A DNA stretch of 64,000 nucleotides, from the NCBI GenBank assembly GCA_964247055.1, contig OZ176052.1, positions 5,890,001 through 5,954,000 of the forward strand, in the 5' to 3' direction. Of this stretch, positions 27,421 through 41,327 are shown in pieces (position 1 is the first letter of the stretch; every line of letters starts with the position of its first letter). Under the pieces are notes generated by a model that searched no databases, had not been told where the DNA came from, and saw only the letters and a program-made list of their open reading frames with translations. The translations under genes were made by a program, and so were the position numbers. The stretch is from Paragordius varius. Taxonomy: Eukaryota > Animalia > Nematomorpha.

Positions 27421-28646
27421 TAAATATTTTTATCATAACATATGTTTTTGGCAGGATTGGAACTTCTTTTTTGAAAAAATTAAAATTTATTCCAAAGCGG
27501 TTGTTAAGATGGTGACTTTAAACTTTACAACACTATTAATTGTTTAATGACCCATTTTGAAAATTGAGTTCCGATTTTAATCACCAAAAAGTAAAAATCT
27601 TGATAAATGAGGAAAAATTGTTAAAAATTTTGACTTAGTTTAACGAATTCTAAAAACCTAGGCGCCAGTTATTATTAAAATTAATCATTTTATTAATAGT
27701 GTGTAAGTTTTTAAATCTTTTTAAAGCATAACTATTAAAATATACAGTCATCTTTTGAGCAATGAGCAGGGACCTACATAAGCCAGTAATTCATATTTAT
27801 AGGATTAGAATATGGAGACATTTTAATGCTCTAATTTGTTTCATTATTTTATCAAGTTTATGAACAATTTACAATACATTATTCAATATATAATCTTATT
27901 TAATACTTAATTGTATGAACAAATATTTAAGTAAAATTTTTATTTATATAAAAGGAAAATCAACTCATTAAAACCAATAATAGGATCTATAAAATATGAT
28001 AGAAAGGTTTTTGGGGGTGAACACCCAAAATTAAGTAAAGTTTGTTTTAAGCACTGCACTTAATGACTCTTTCATGCGAAAAAATTTTATAATAATAAAT
28101 GTTTGTGCTACAGAAACACGCCCCTGAAAACGTGCGCTATTCATAGCCATTTATATTTCAATGAATGTACAGAGCATAAAAAGGAGCAATTTCGATTAGT
28201 CTCGTTTGACAGCTCCTCGCCTTAAAAACGTTAATTTAACCCAAACATAATGAATGGCCTAGCAAAGCTAGCGTCTTTTGACTTTGCTTCAATGGTTACC
28301 CGATCAGAGGTGGAAACGGGCAAAAAGCAACAATTGTAACCATCCCAGTAAAAGTGTAACCCATTCAAAATAATGGCTAATTTGAGTTTGCACAAAGCGC
28401 ATCAAAATCCATTTAATTTGTTTGGAAACATTTTTTTATCTTTATTAAGAAAAATTAAATAACGCGGCTTTTAATATAAACATCCTCGACACATATTGTG
28501 ACATGCAGAGGCGTAGCTAACATTTCTGGCGCCCGATGCTGGAATCCGTTATGGATCGCACGTTTTTTTATTAATTTTATTATACCCGATTGCCAATCAA
28601 AAAATATTTTTTACATTTTTTGAAAAATCCTGATGAGATTTTAAAC

Positions 28647-28930
28647 CAGGGTTGTTCAAAACAAATGGCTTGGGCCACATTTTCGATCGAAAAATCTGGT
28701 GGGCCGCATTCGCAAAATATATAATAACAAATACATTAATTGATTTTTAACATAAGACTGTAAAAACAACTATTTATTTTTACATTTTTGGCTAGTTAAA
28801 TTGCCAAATTTGGATTATTTATAATATGGTTGAAAAAATCAAATTTTAATTAGATTTCGTATTTTTCGCGGGCTGCATAAATATTTTGTAGGACCGCAAG
28901 CGGCACCGGGCTGAGTGATGGACACCCCTG
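28647..28930. mobile_element. Non-autonomous hAT (Charlie-type) MITE
   Basis: Ends cagggttgttcaaa ... atggacacccctg; TSD ttttaaac/ttctaaac with one mismatch. Confidence 0.8.
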
Positions 28931-30524
28931 TTCTAAACCAATCATTTATTGAATTAGTACACCAAACAATTGTTCCCTGAATTCGTGTGATACTTTTACA
29001 TTTATCATATTTTTGGGTAAAATTTTATTTTTTTTGAAAAGAAAAATGAACGCAATGGTATTTCAAAGATTCAAAACAGAAGCGTTTTATAAATCACTGC
29101 GACTGATGATGTTGTTCACAACCAGGGTGACTCCCAACGAACATGAACCAGGCAAGCTAAAAAATTTAATACAAAATGGCTTTTAACGGGATTTTTTTAG
29201 TATATAATGGATATTTTCCTGTAATTTTTGTTTTTTATCAAACCGAAATTATATATAATATATATATATATATATGCATTAAATCATTACTATTTATAAC
29301 TACTTGGCGAAATTTTAATCATTTATGAGTATCAAAATAAATGTGACCGTATTTATAAACTAATCACAGAGCGAAGGCAGTCGTTTTCCAATTTAATTGA
29401 TAAAATATCCATCAACTTGTTGTAATTTTTCAAAAATATATTGAGTTTAAAATATTCATGAATTAATGGGTATTTAAATTAAAATTGATAAACCGATAAT
29501 TTTTATATAATGGAATAATTGTTTAATAATTTAAATTGAAAATCTGTTATAAAATTTATGAAAACTACGTCAAAAGAGGTTTTTTATAGATGATAGTTTA
29601 ATTACATACGATACAGCCTATGTTAATTTTTAGCGATACCTTTTTGTATTTAAATTATACAAACTTAAGCTTCTGGAACAATCACGCGAAATTCATTCTT
29701 TATAAATATAATTAATGAAGAGTTAATGTTGCAAATACGATTTCCCCATAATTATATTGAAAAACACCATTCAGATATTTTCCAAATATTATCTTGGGAT
29801 ATTGGATTTCCTGATAAAAATAAATGTATTTTTGTTAGGCAAATCTTAAAAATATATATGCATATTAGCCGAATGACGGCTATTAATTCGGTTTCCAATA
29901 ATATATTTAACCTTATATTATTCTTTGAGGTAAAGCCAAATTTAAATATATGCATTTTATAGCTTTTTAGATGAATTATATTGTGTGGCAAAATGGGGAA
30001 AAAATATGATGTTTATATATCATATATCATTCAATAGCTAAAAGATTCCTGAACATCGAAATGATTATTGCAGTTAATACACTATAAAAAAAGTTATTTT
30101 AATTTTTCTGCGTTAATCCGAAATAAAAAAATCGCATTTTTTATGTACAACAGATCAAATCAAATACAATGGAGAAAACCGCGTCAATGATACTTGTTAA
30201 TCTAGATAAGGATTACCCTAAAAGCAAAATATTACCGATATATTTTTTTATTATTTTAAGAAAAACTCATAAGAATGAAAGTTAAAAATCGCACTCTGAC
30301 ACCATATTATCATAAAAACTTGTTATTTTGCGGAAAATATGTTTATTTAAATATAATTCATTTACTATACAAAGTTGACCCAATTGAAAGAAAATTTAAG
30401 CTTTATAATAAATGAAATTTTTATGATTTACACCAAAGTGAAAGTACAAGTAATTTGTATATAACCTCCAATATACAAAGCGTATTAAAAAATCTTGATA
30501 AAATATGTAGTAACTTTCATAGAA

Positions 30525-31525
30525 AATATATCAGGATTCTCATGGTGCTTGGCTTTGGATCTTACGAGGGATATAAGAAAGTTATTTGCATTTTTGTGGT
30601 AATAGCTCGATATGAGTAAATCGTAAAATAGCGCATATAATATTAAATGAATTTTAAGGTCAAATTAATGTTTCATTTCCAAAAAATATCATAAATTATA
30701 ATATAAACTATTTTTAAAAAATAAATCTATAATTATATTAAACAGAAATTTTTAGTCGTAGACAACAGAAGTCGCAGATTTTTGACCCTTCTAAAATGGC
30801 TAGTTTTTATAAACTAAACGCAAAAATGCTGATATTGCTCGATAAAATTTTAAGTATGTGCCAAATTTCGACATCTAAAAAAGTTTTTCCGAAAAAATTT
30901 TGCCTAAAAATTTTATTTGTGGCAAAATTTGGTGAAAAGAGTTTTATAGTATTTTGAAAGATGGAGGAATTGGTATAAAACTGTATCAACATTAAAACAC
31001 TTTTTCCATATAATTTTATGATGCTGAAACATTTTATCATCTTAAATTTCATACTAAACTGACCTTAAATATTATGAGGTGATCGAAATGTTAAGCATTA
31101 TCAGTTATACAGTTTTATAACGTTTATACCATGCTTCAAAATACAATAAAACTCGCTTAACCAATTGCGATAAATTATATTTTAAGGCAAAATATCCATT
31201 TTTGGAAAAACATTTTTGATGTCAATATTTAGCACATATTAAAATTTTTATTGCACAATATCATACTAGCCCTTTTTACACGGCTCCAAAAACTTGCTAC
31301 TTTCGGAGTCTATGTCTAAAAAATTTTGTTTATAAAATAGTGTTTTGCTTTTTAAATATAGTTTATGATAAAATTCTATATTATTTAAAATAGCATTTAA
31401 CTTTTACTAAAAAACTTGTTTGGTATTAATGAGCACTAATGCAATTCGCTATCCAGCGATTCCCATAAAAATTCAAACTTTCTTAGTAAGCCCCTAAAAG
31501 CACCATTAGATCCTGATACATTTAT
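30525..31525. mobile_element. Member of a dispersed long-inverted-repeat (MITE/fold-back-like) family
   Basis: Left atatcaggattctcatggtgcttggctttgg...aagaaagtt is inverted relative to right aactttcttagtaag...aaaagcaccattagatcctgatacat. The same motif recurs at ~32545, ~33690, ~56960, ~57800 (inverted), ~58015 and ~58390 (inverted). Confidence 0.6.
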
Positions 31526-31593
31526 GTGTTAGAATATATTATTTCATAAAAATATTTCTATCCCCCGAATTTATTCACAGTGTTTATATACAC

Positions 31594-32484
31594 CAGGGGT
31601 AGCGAACCTTTTTTTCTCGCGGGCTACTTTTTGGGGAGAAAATTTCACGCGGGCACGCATGAATATTAAGTATTTAAAGATTATTTTATTACTTCAATAC
31701 AAATGATGCAAATATATATCTATGTTTACTTATTGGGAAGACTAGCAGAGGCCATTAAAAAAAATTTTTATATTTTTCGTTCCGCATAATGTTTCTAGAT
31801 AGGGATATGATTTTATAATATTCTACTTGTCTTCGAATTTTCAAACAGCTTCACAAGCTTTAATAAAAGCAAGTTTCCATATTTCTATTCCTAAAGAGTT
31901 TGTTGTTTTTTATTGGGATTTGTGATATTTTGCAAGTTTTTGCTGTATTTCGTAATGCAGTGTTCTGAGCATTTAGCTGCTCTTTCAATAGCTTGATTTT
32001 TGTGTATCTTTGTATTTTTGATATTTCGTGATACTCAGTAAAATATCTTTGGACGCTTTTTTAGGCAAAGCCACAGTGGAGTTGCTTATCAAACAAGTAC
32101 ATTTATCATAATTTATTATAAAATAATCTTCTTTCCATTCATTTATATGACGATATATTTTAGCATTTTGGCAATCATATAAATTAAATATAAGTTTAAA
32201 GGATATTTTTTTCTGTTTTTTAGTTAAATTAAACTAATTTCTAAGGAAATTACAAATGGTTTAAAGTTCAAATACAGATGATTAAGTAATATATTTAATA
32301 AAATAATAAATTAACTTTAATATATATTTTTGTTAACATACAAATAAAAATAAATTAAAAATAAATAATCTTGTGGGAAAAAAATTCTATGCAAAAATAT
32401 TTTCTACATTTTTTAAAATTGCAGGCGGTTACGTTTTGAAATCTCGCGGTCTCTAAGTAGACCGCGGCCGTTTGGCCATCCCTG
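31594..32484. mobile_element. Non-autonomous hAT (Charlie-type) element, 891 bp
   Basis: Ends caggggtagcgaac ... tttggccatccctg; perfect 8-bp TSD atatacac (31586-31593 and 32485-32492). Confidence 0.85.
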
Positions 32485-34189
32485 ATATACACAGTGCACA
32501 AAAAATATTTTTGTGAAATATGTGTTTTATGAAGGAAAAATGCATCTGATTCTCTTGGTGCCTTTGGTTTTGGTCCTTATGAAGGATTAAAAAATTATTT
32601 ACAGTTTTGTGATAATGGTTTTATATTAAAAAGGTCAAATTTTATCACATTATGGTATATAAAATACTATCAGTGAAAGGTAAATACATTTATCCAAAAG
32701 ATCTAATATTATGTACTATATTGATAAGCAAAAAATTATAAAATTTTGGTTTTGATTAGAATTTTGGCCCTTTCTAAAATGGGTTAACTTTCTTAAAATA
32801 ACGATCCATCATAAGATAGATCATTACGTCAAAAATGCATACATCAAAATTTAATTATTATTAAAATTTTATTAGGGTACTTCATATTTTGAATTAGGAT
32901 GAAAACGATAATTCAAGATATTTAAAAACATTCCAATATAATTCAGGGATGTTTAACATTTCAATTCAGAATTTTTGCTTTCAAAGTGATGTAAAAATTT
33001 GTAAAAAATACTTTAATTTACATAAAATGGAAAACGAAGAAATTTTTTTACCAAAATTTTGAGGTTTTATAAATAAGTATTAATAAATTATATCGAACAA
33101 GTGTTTTTATAATATTTAAAGCGATTTTATGCCGTATACATCCAACTTGAAAAGAGCATGAAGTACACTACAACAAAAATTGGGCAAATTAAAACTATTT
33201 TTTTTGATGACAGAAAACATAAAATAAAGAATTTTTTTGCGACATTAACGATTCGTTACATTTTCATTTATTGAAGGCAATCGGGGCAGTTTTCTATCAT
33301 ATAGCTTAAAGTCGAACTAATCTTTTGAAAGTTGTTTTGGTTAAAACTCTCAAACAGCTGATATTAAAATCTATGAATATCAAAAATTTTCCGGTAGAAT
33401 ATATAGTGAATGTTTTTTAAAGTTAATTACTTGCAGATTTAACCATAATAATTTTATTAGCACAAAAAATCCTTGTTCTTATACAATTTAGCGCTATAAT
33501 TATTTTGTATCATGATCATAAAAAGCTAGGGAGACAAATTATTTACTTTGGCCCAAAATATATTTAAATGGATCTCGAGTGTTAAACTACCACAAGGTCA
33601 TGAAGTGTTTAATAATCATAACACTGCGTCCCGAATCTAGGCTATATAAAATATCCTGATAAAATATGTATATTCTGATATGAATATGTATCAGGATTCT
33701 TATGGTGCTTTTGGTTTTGGTCGGCACTTACAGGTGATTTAAGAAAGTTATTTACACATTTGTGGTAATTGCTCCGTATTAGTAAATGGCAAAGTCTACT
33801 CACATTTTGTTAAATAATTTTTTTTGGTGAAAGATAAATGGTTCATTTTGCCCTTTAATGAGCTTGTTCTAATAATACGTGAAAATGCCGAGATCGTGAG
33901 ATAAAAATTTTAAATTTATGCTAAACTTTATTCAAAAAAAGTTTTATCTGAAAAATGGATATTTTGTTTATATATTTTATTTATTGCAAAGTTTTGTTGC
34001 TGCATAATACTTACAATTTCGAAGCATGATGAAAACAGTATATTATTGCTTGATATAAAAAAAATTCTTTTTATATTCAATGATGGTGAACATTTGTATC
34101 GCCTCTGAGTTTTGATTGAATATTAGTTCATTATTAAAATTTATGTTAACCATATATTCTTTTATTAAAAAGGGTTTTTCATAGCTTCA

Positions 34190-37100
34190 GTGTCCTGTTC
34201 CATTTTTCATATCCCCTTCATCTGTTTCTTTAAATTTCCACCCTTTTTCATAACCACTTCCTCCGTTTCTCAAGTTCCATCCTTTTTCATATTGACTTCT
34301 TCAGTTTTCAAAGTTCCTTCCACTTCATATCTTGCTCCGTTTCTTAAGTTCATATCCGTTTGCACCGTTTTCAAAGCATTACCCTTCTTCAAAACCCCTT
34401 CATCTGTTTTTTCAAAAGTTTTACCCTTCTTTAAATCCACTTCGTCCGTTTCTTCCAAAGTTCACCCTTCTTCATATCTCCTTCATCCGTTTTTAAACAC
34501 CCGACTTCATACCCCTTCATCCGTCTCTTCCAAAGTTTAACCCTTCTTTATACACACTTCATCCGTTTCTTCTAAAATTTCACCCTTGTTCACATCCAAT
34601 TACTCTATTTAAGTTTCACACTTGTTCATATCCTCTTCATCCGTTTCTTCTAAGGTGTCACCCTTCTTCATATCCACTTCATCCGTTACTTCTAAACTTC
34701 CATCCTTCTTATCCGTTTCTTCTAAAGTTCCACCCTTCTTCATCCGTTTCTTCTGAAGTTCCACCCTTCTTCATATCCTCTTCATCCGTTTCTTCTAAAC
34801 TTCCATCCTTCTTATCCGTTTCTTCTAAAGTTCCACCCTTCTTCATCCGTTTCTTCTAAAGTTTCACCCTTCTTCATATCCTCTTCATCCGTTTCTTCTA
34901 AAGTCCCACCCTTCTTCATCCGTTTCTTTTAAAGTTTCACCCTTCTTCATATCTTCTTCATCCGTTTCTTTTAAAGTTTCACCCTTCCTCATATCCTCTT
35001 CATCCGTTTCTTTTAAACTTCCATCCTTCTTCATCCGTTTCTTCTAAAGTTTTACCCTTCTTCATACGTTTATTTTAAACTTCCATCCTTCTTCATCCTT
35101 TTCTTCTAATGTTCGACCCTTCTTCATCCGTTTCTTCTAAAGTTTCACCCTTCTTCATATCCTTTTCATCCGTTTCTTCTAAAGTTCCACCCTTCTTCAT
35201 CCGTTTCATCTAAAGTTTTACCCTTCTTCATATCCACTTCCTCCGTTTCTTCTAAACTTCCATCCTTCTTCATCCGTTTCTTCTAAAGTTTCACCCTTCT
35301 TCATATCCACTTCATCCGTTTCTTCTAAAGTCGCACCCTTCTTCATCCGTTTCTTTTAAAGTTTCACCCTTCCTCATATCCTCTTCATCCGTTTCTTTTA
35401 AACTTCCATCCTTCTTCATCCGTTTCTTCTAAAGTTCCACCCTTCTTCATCCGTTTCTTCTAAAGTTTCACCCTTCTTCATATCCTTTTTATCCGTTTCT
35501 TCTAAAGTTCCACCCTTCTTCATCCGTTTCTTCTAAAGTTCCACCCTTCTTCATCCGTTTCTTCTAAAGTTTCACCCTTCTTCATATCCTTTTTATCCGT
35601 TTCTTTTAAACTTCCATCCTTCTTCCTCCGTTTCTTCTAAAGTTCCACCCTTCTTCATCCGTTTCTTCTAAAGTTTCACCCTTCTTCATATCCTTTTCAT
35701 CCGTTTCTTCTAAAGTTCCACCCTTCTTCATCCGTTTCTTCTAAAGTTTTACCCTTCTTCATATCCACTTCCTCCGTTTCTTCTAAACTTCCATCCTTCT
35801 TCATCCGTTTCTTCTGAAGTTCCACCCTTCTTCATATCCTCTTCATCCGTTTCTATTAAAGTTTCACCCTTCTTCATATCCTCTTCATCCGTTTCTTCTA
35901 AACTTCCATCCTTCTTCATCCGTTTCTTCTAAAGTTCCACCCTTCTTCATCCGTTTCTTCTAAAGTTTCACCCTTCTTCATATCCTTTTCATCCGTTTTT
36001 TCTAAAGTTCCACCCTTCTTCATCCGTTTCTTCTAAAGTTTCACCAATCTTCATATCCATTTTATCCGTTTCTTTTAATGTTTCACCCTTCTTCATATCC
36101 TCTTCATCCGTTTCTTCTAAACTTCCATCCTTCTTCATCCGTTTCTTCTAAAGTTTCACCCTTCTTCATATCCATTTTATCCGTTTCTTCTAATTTTCAC
36201 CCTTCTTCATATGCACTTCATCCCTTTCTTCTAAGTTTCACCCTTCTTCATATCCATTTTATGCGTTTCTTCTAAGTTTCACCCTTCTTCATATCCATTT
36301 TATCCGTTTCTTCTAAGTTTCACCCTTCTTCATATCCATTTTATGCGTTTCTTCTAAGTTTCACCCTTCTTCATATCCATTTTATCCGTTTCTTCTAAGT
36401 TTCACCCTTCTTCATATCCTCTTCCTCCGTTTCATCTAAAGTTTCACCCTTCTTCATATCCATTTTATCCGTTTCTTCTAAGTTTCACCCTTCTTCATAT
36501 CCATTTTATGCGTTTCTTCTAAGTTTCACCCTTCTTCATATCCATTTTATCCGTTTCTTCTAAGTTTCACCCTTCTTCATATCCATTTTATCCGTTTTAT
36601 CTAAGTTTCGCCCTTCTTCATATGCACTTCATCCCTTTCTTCTAAGTTTCACCCTTCTTCATATCCTCTTCCTCCGTTTCATCTAAAGTTTCACCCTTCT
36701 TCATATCCATTTTATCCGTTTCTTCTAATTTTCACCCTTCTTCATATGCACTTCATCCCTTTCTTCTAAGTTTCACCCTTCTTCATATCCATTTTATGCG
36801 TTTCTTCTAAGTTTCACCCTTCTTCATATCCATTTTATCCGTTTCTTCTAAGTTTCACCCTTCTTCATATCCATTTTATGCGTTTCTTCTAAGTTTCACC
36901 CTTCTTCATATCCATTTTATCCGTTTCTTCTAAGTTTCACCCTTCTTCATATCCTCTTCCTCCGTTTCATCTAAAGTTTCACCCTTCTTCATATCCATTT
37001 TATCCGTTTCTTCTAAGTTTCACCCTTCTTCATATCCATTTTATCCGTTTCTTCTAAGTTTCACCCTTCTTCATATCCTCTTCCTCCGTTTCATCTAAAG

Positions 37101-37835
37101 TTTCACCCTTCTTCATATCCATTTTATCCGTTTCTTCTAAGTTTCACCCTTCTTCATATCCATTTTATCCGTTTTATCTAAGTTTCGCCCTTCTTCATAT
37201 GCACTTCATCCGTTTCTTCTAATTTTCACCCTTCTTCATATGCACTTCATCCCTTTCCTCTAAGTTTCACCCTTCTTCATATCCATTTTATGCGTTTCTT
37301 CTAAGTTTCACCCTTCTTCATATCCTCTTCCTCCGTTTCATCTAAAGTTTCACCCTTCTTCATATCCATTTTATCCGTTTCTTCTAAGTTTCACCCTTCT
37401 TCATATCCATTTTATCCGTTTTATCTAAGTTTCGCCCTTCTTCATATGCACTTCATCCGTTTCTTCTAATTTTCACCCTTCTTCATATGCACTTCATCCC
37501 TTTCCTCTAAGTTTCACCCTTCTTCATATCCATTTTATGCGTTTCTTCTAAGTTTCACCCTTCTTCATATCCATTTTATCCGTTTCTTCTAAGTTTCACC
37601 CTTCTTCATATCCTCTTCCTCCGTTTCATCTAAAGTTTCACCCTTCTTCATATCCATTTTATCCGTTTCTTCTAAGTTTCACCCTTCTTCATATCCATTT
37701 TATCCGTTTTATCTAAGTTTCGCCCTTCTTCATATGCACTTCATCCGTTTCATCTAAAGTTTCACCCTTCTTCATATCCTCTTCCTCCGTTTCATCTAAA
37801 GTTTCACCCTTCTTCATATCCATTTTATCCGTTTT
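34190..37835. repeat. Minisatellite array 1 (42-, 41- and 31-bp unit variants)
   Basis: Tandem units ttcacccttcttcatatcctcttcatccgtttcttctaaagt (42 bp), tttcacccttcttcatatccattttatccgtttcttctaag (41 bp) and aaagttccacccttcttcatccgtttcttct (31 bp). Confidence 0.97.
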
Positions 37836-38076
37836 TTATAAAAACGTCATAAAATATATATAAAAGGCAAAACAATATTTTTATAAAACAATTCATAGAT
37901 GTTCGAAATATTGCCCCGTATAAAATGGGACATAAGTAAACACAAAAATTCCGTTGCCTGATAAGAATTCAATATATGCAGGATTACGACATAAAAAAAT
38001 ATCTTAGAAAAAAATCATATTTTTTTTATATAAAAAATAGATATTCCTTAAAATTTTATCAAAGCGTTTTTTCTGG

Positions 38077-38639
38077 ACCATTTGCACTGCATAGGTGTCC
38101 TTAAACACTTCAAGTTGATCCTTGAACATTTCAAGTTGGTCCTTAAACATATCAAGTTGGCCCTTGAAGATTTTAAGTTAGCCCTTAATATATTTAATTT
38201 TTCCATAATTTTTGCATTTGTTTTTTTATTTTATTATTTTGTAACTTAATTTTCTTTATTAACTATATATTTATTCATATAAAAATAAAGTTTTTTTTGT
38301 TACAAATTATTTTTTTCCAATTTAAAAAATTATTAACTTTTTAATTGTTTTCAATTAAAATAATAATAACCAGGCAATATTTCTTAATTACGTGTTATAA
38401 ATCTTATAAATATTCAAACTAATTTTAAGAAATTAATAAAGATATACGGTTTCTGAATGAATAAAAGTTGATATTGATTTAAAATTTATGTTAAATAATA
38501 TAAAATAGGTTAAAAACAATAAAATAGGTTAAAAACAATAAAATAGATGAATGATATACGATTTGATTGTTAAAAACAACACAAAAATGTTAAAGGACCA
38601 ACTTAAAGTGTTCAAGGACACTCTTGATGTGTAAATGGT
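38077..38639. mobile_element. Fold-back/MITE-like element with 21-bp subterminal tandem repeats
   Basis: Left accatttgcac...gtgtcc followed by ~4 copies of tccttgaacatttcaagttgg; right end is the inverse (ggaccaacttaaagtgttcaaggacac...gtaaatggt). Confidence 0.65.
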
Positions 38640-39631
38640 ATATTTTGAAGCATGATGGAAATGGTGAATTTAAAATAATGATTGAAGACTATTTCTCCAT
38701 TATTCATTAAAATTTCTATCACCTCAGAATATTAATTTACACCTAATTGTCTTCAAATAGTATATTAAAGAAAATAGTCAAATTAGGGGTGTACAAGTCT
38801 AAGACTTATATGAATGAAAGTTAGAAATAAAATTACGATGTAGGACCATTCAAAACAATAAAAGATATTTTTTATTCATTTTTTTCCAAACAGTTGAAAT
38901 AATATTTGTAATTTAGAGATATTTATCACAAAAAGTATATCAAAGTTAAACATTGAGCAGTGTTAACGTAAAGTTCTTAAAAAAACTCCATATAACCAAT
39001 TTAACTTTAAATTTTTTTATATTTTCTATGAAACTATTACAGTAAAAATTGATATTATACGGACAAAATGTAAAAATATAAAGGCAAATACTTTTTTTCA
39101 AAAGACAATGATAATTTTTAAATCATGATTTTTTAAATATAATTCCTTGTTTGAAATGGTAAAGTGTGTTATAGAGATGTATATTAGTAATCAAATTATA
39201 TTACTAAAATAATTAAATAGCTTATATAGGAAACATTAAAATTTGAGAAAGTATGGTTGTCTTTTGAAAAAAAATTTGTCTTTGTCCGTATAAATTCAAT
39301 TTTTACTGTTATATACTTTAATGAATTTTAGTTGCTTAAGGTTTATTGATATTTAGATTGCAAATTTACCTTTGTTAAAAATGGTTAAAACCTTCTGTCA
39401 TACGTATTATTGACCAAGAACAAATTTGAAAAGTGCGTAAAAAAACAATGATGAATTCATAATATGTAATAATTTTAATTTTATCTTACATGATAAAATC
39501 TCATTCGGATAAAAATATTTTAATCTTGCTTAAATTTTCTTTGATATAAAAAATATTTGAAGTCATTTGGCATCTGACTCATGCTCTAAAAATAAAAAAT
39601 GTGGTAGCAAGAACGCAAAACAATTAATTAT

Positions 39632-39930
39632 ACCATTTACAGTTCAATTCACCCTTAAAATCACCCTTGAACAATTATAATTCACCCTCGAACAATTCAA
39701 ATTCACCCTAAAATAAATTATTATGGGTTTTTAGGCCTAAAAATTACCTATATATTTTTTTAAAAAAAAATTGTCTAAAATTAAAATAATACTGAAAAAA
39801 ATAATAAACTATGCCATAAGAATTTATTTAGTATTAATAGTGAATTATATTAGCCCGAAAATACATAATTTATTTTTTAGGGTAAGTTTGAATTGTTCAA
39901 GGGATTCGAATTGTTTAAGGGTGAATCTGA
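39632..39930. mobile_element. Second fold-back-like element with ~21-bp subrepeats
   Basis: Starts accatttac; left repeats attcacccttgaacaatt(c/a) are inverted at 39880-39930 (gaattgttcaaggg, aattgtttaagggtgaat). Confidence 0.55.
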
Positions 39931-41327
39931 ATTTATATCCCTGAGGAGAGTTATTATTTTATATGAGTTAGCATCTATTTAAGGATAGAAATGATTGTTG
40001 TTTATTTAAGATTAATTATTAAAAAACATATTTACGTAGAATATTTTGAGTAAATTATTACCAACTGTGCATATTTACACTATTTTCACTTTTAGCAGCT
40101 GCCACAAAATAATATGTACAGTTTAGATTTTAAATTATTTTACCCCTTGATTTAGATGGCAAACAACAGTTTTTATAGGTTTTTTTATGTAACCTTAATG
40201 GGAAACAAAATTCAATCTCAACACTTATTGCGATTTAACATTTATATTTATTTCATTTAGATGACTGAATCTTTGACCTATGTAGATGAAACTCCATATT
40301 TTTGTACTTATAAAATGATTTGAATATCTCTAGGAGTAACACAATTTTTTATATTTAATTTGTTCATTCGTAATAAAACAAAATCAATAATTAATATATA
40401 TTTAAAATGTATGTTACCATTTGTAAATTGTAGCAATTTTGAAGATGAATTTAAGGAAACGTGGAAAAAACTCATTTAATTCAAATTATGACATTTTGCT
40501 AAATAGTGGTACAATATTTAAATTATAAATTTATTGATATATTCTACAGCGGCGTACTTGCGTTTCTGGCGCCCTGTGCATAAATCTTTTTCCTAACAGA
40601 AAACATAAAGAATTTATATGTTTCTTATGCATTTCTATAAGGAATCTGGATATTTTTAGCCCACTTTATTACATGCATCATTTATATTCTCAATATAATA
40701 ACAATTATTAATTAATCATTGATTGAGAGTGCAAATTTGAATAAAAAATGATAACTGGTATATCTAGTATTATATTTCATGCTACTGCTAATATAAATAA
40801 TTTTTTGTTATAACAAATTATCATACCATGCATTTCATTTTTATCAATAAACACATGACAATAGGGATAATAGCTATTTTTGTGTTGAATTATTTGTATA
40901 AATTGTGAGGAAATTTTTGCATATATATTATTTTATTTTTGGATATATTTTAAAATATTGCGCGCCCACATTCATTTCCTAATTCCCGTATTCTGTAATC
41001 GAACTTTATTACATTCAACGAAATTAGATATCTGGGATAAATATTAATTTTCTTAAGGATTTACGGATAAAATATATATACATGAAATGACGGCGATTAA
41101 TTTGATACTATCGTCATGTTTTTTATATTTTATTTTATAGTAATAAAAAACTGCTGTGCATAAAAATATAATATAAGTGTAAATTCGCGCTAATTGTTTA
41201 TTTAATTGTATTGTAATGATTGATTGTTTTTGAATTAAAATCTAATTAAAAGCCCGATATTTGCATTTAAAATGGGAATTAACAAATTTATATTTTAATA
41301 ACATTTTAGTAGCCTTTGTTATCGTTA

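Noticed and set aside
34190-37835. Regular short repeats as a CRISPR array
   Set aside because: Units are head-to-tail with no unique spacers, there are no cas genes, and the context is eukaryotic.
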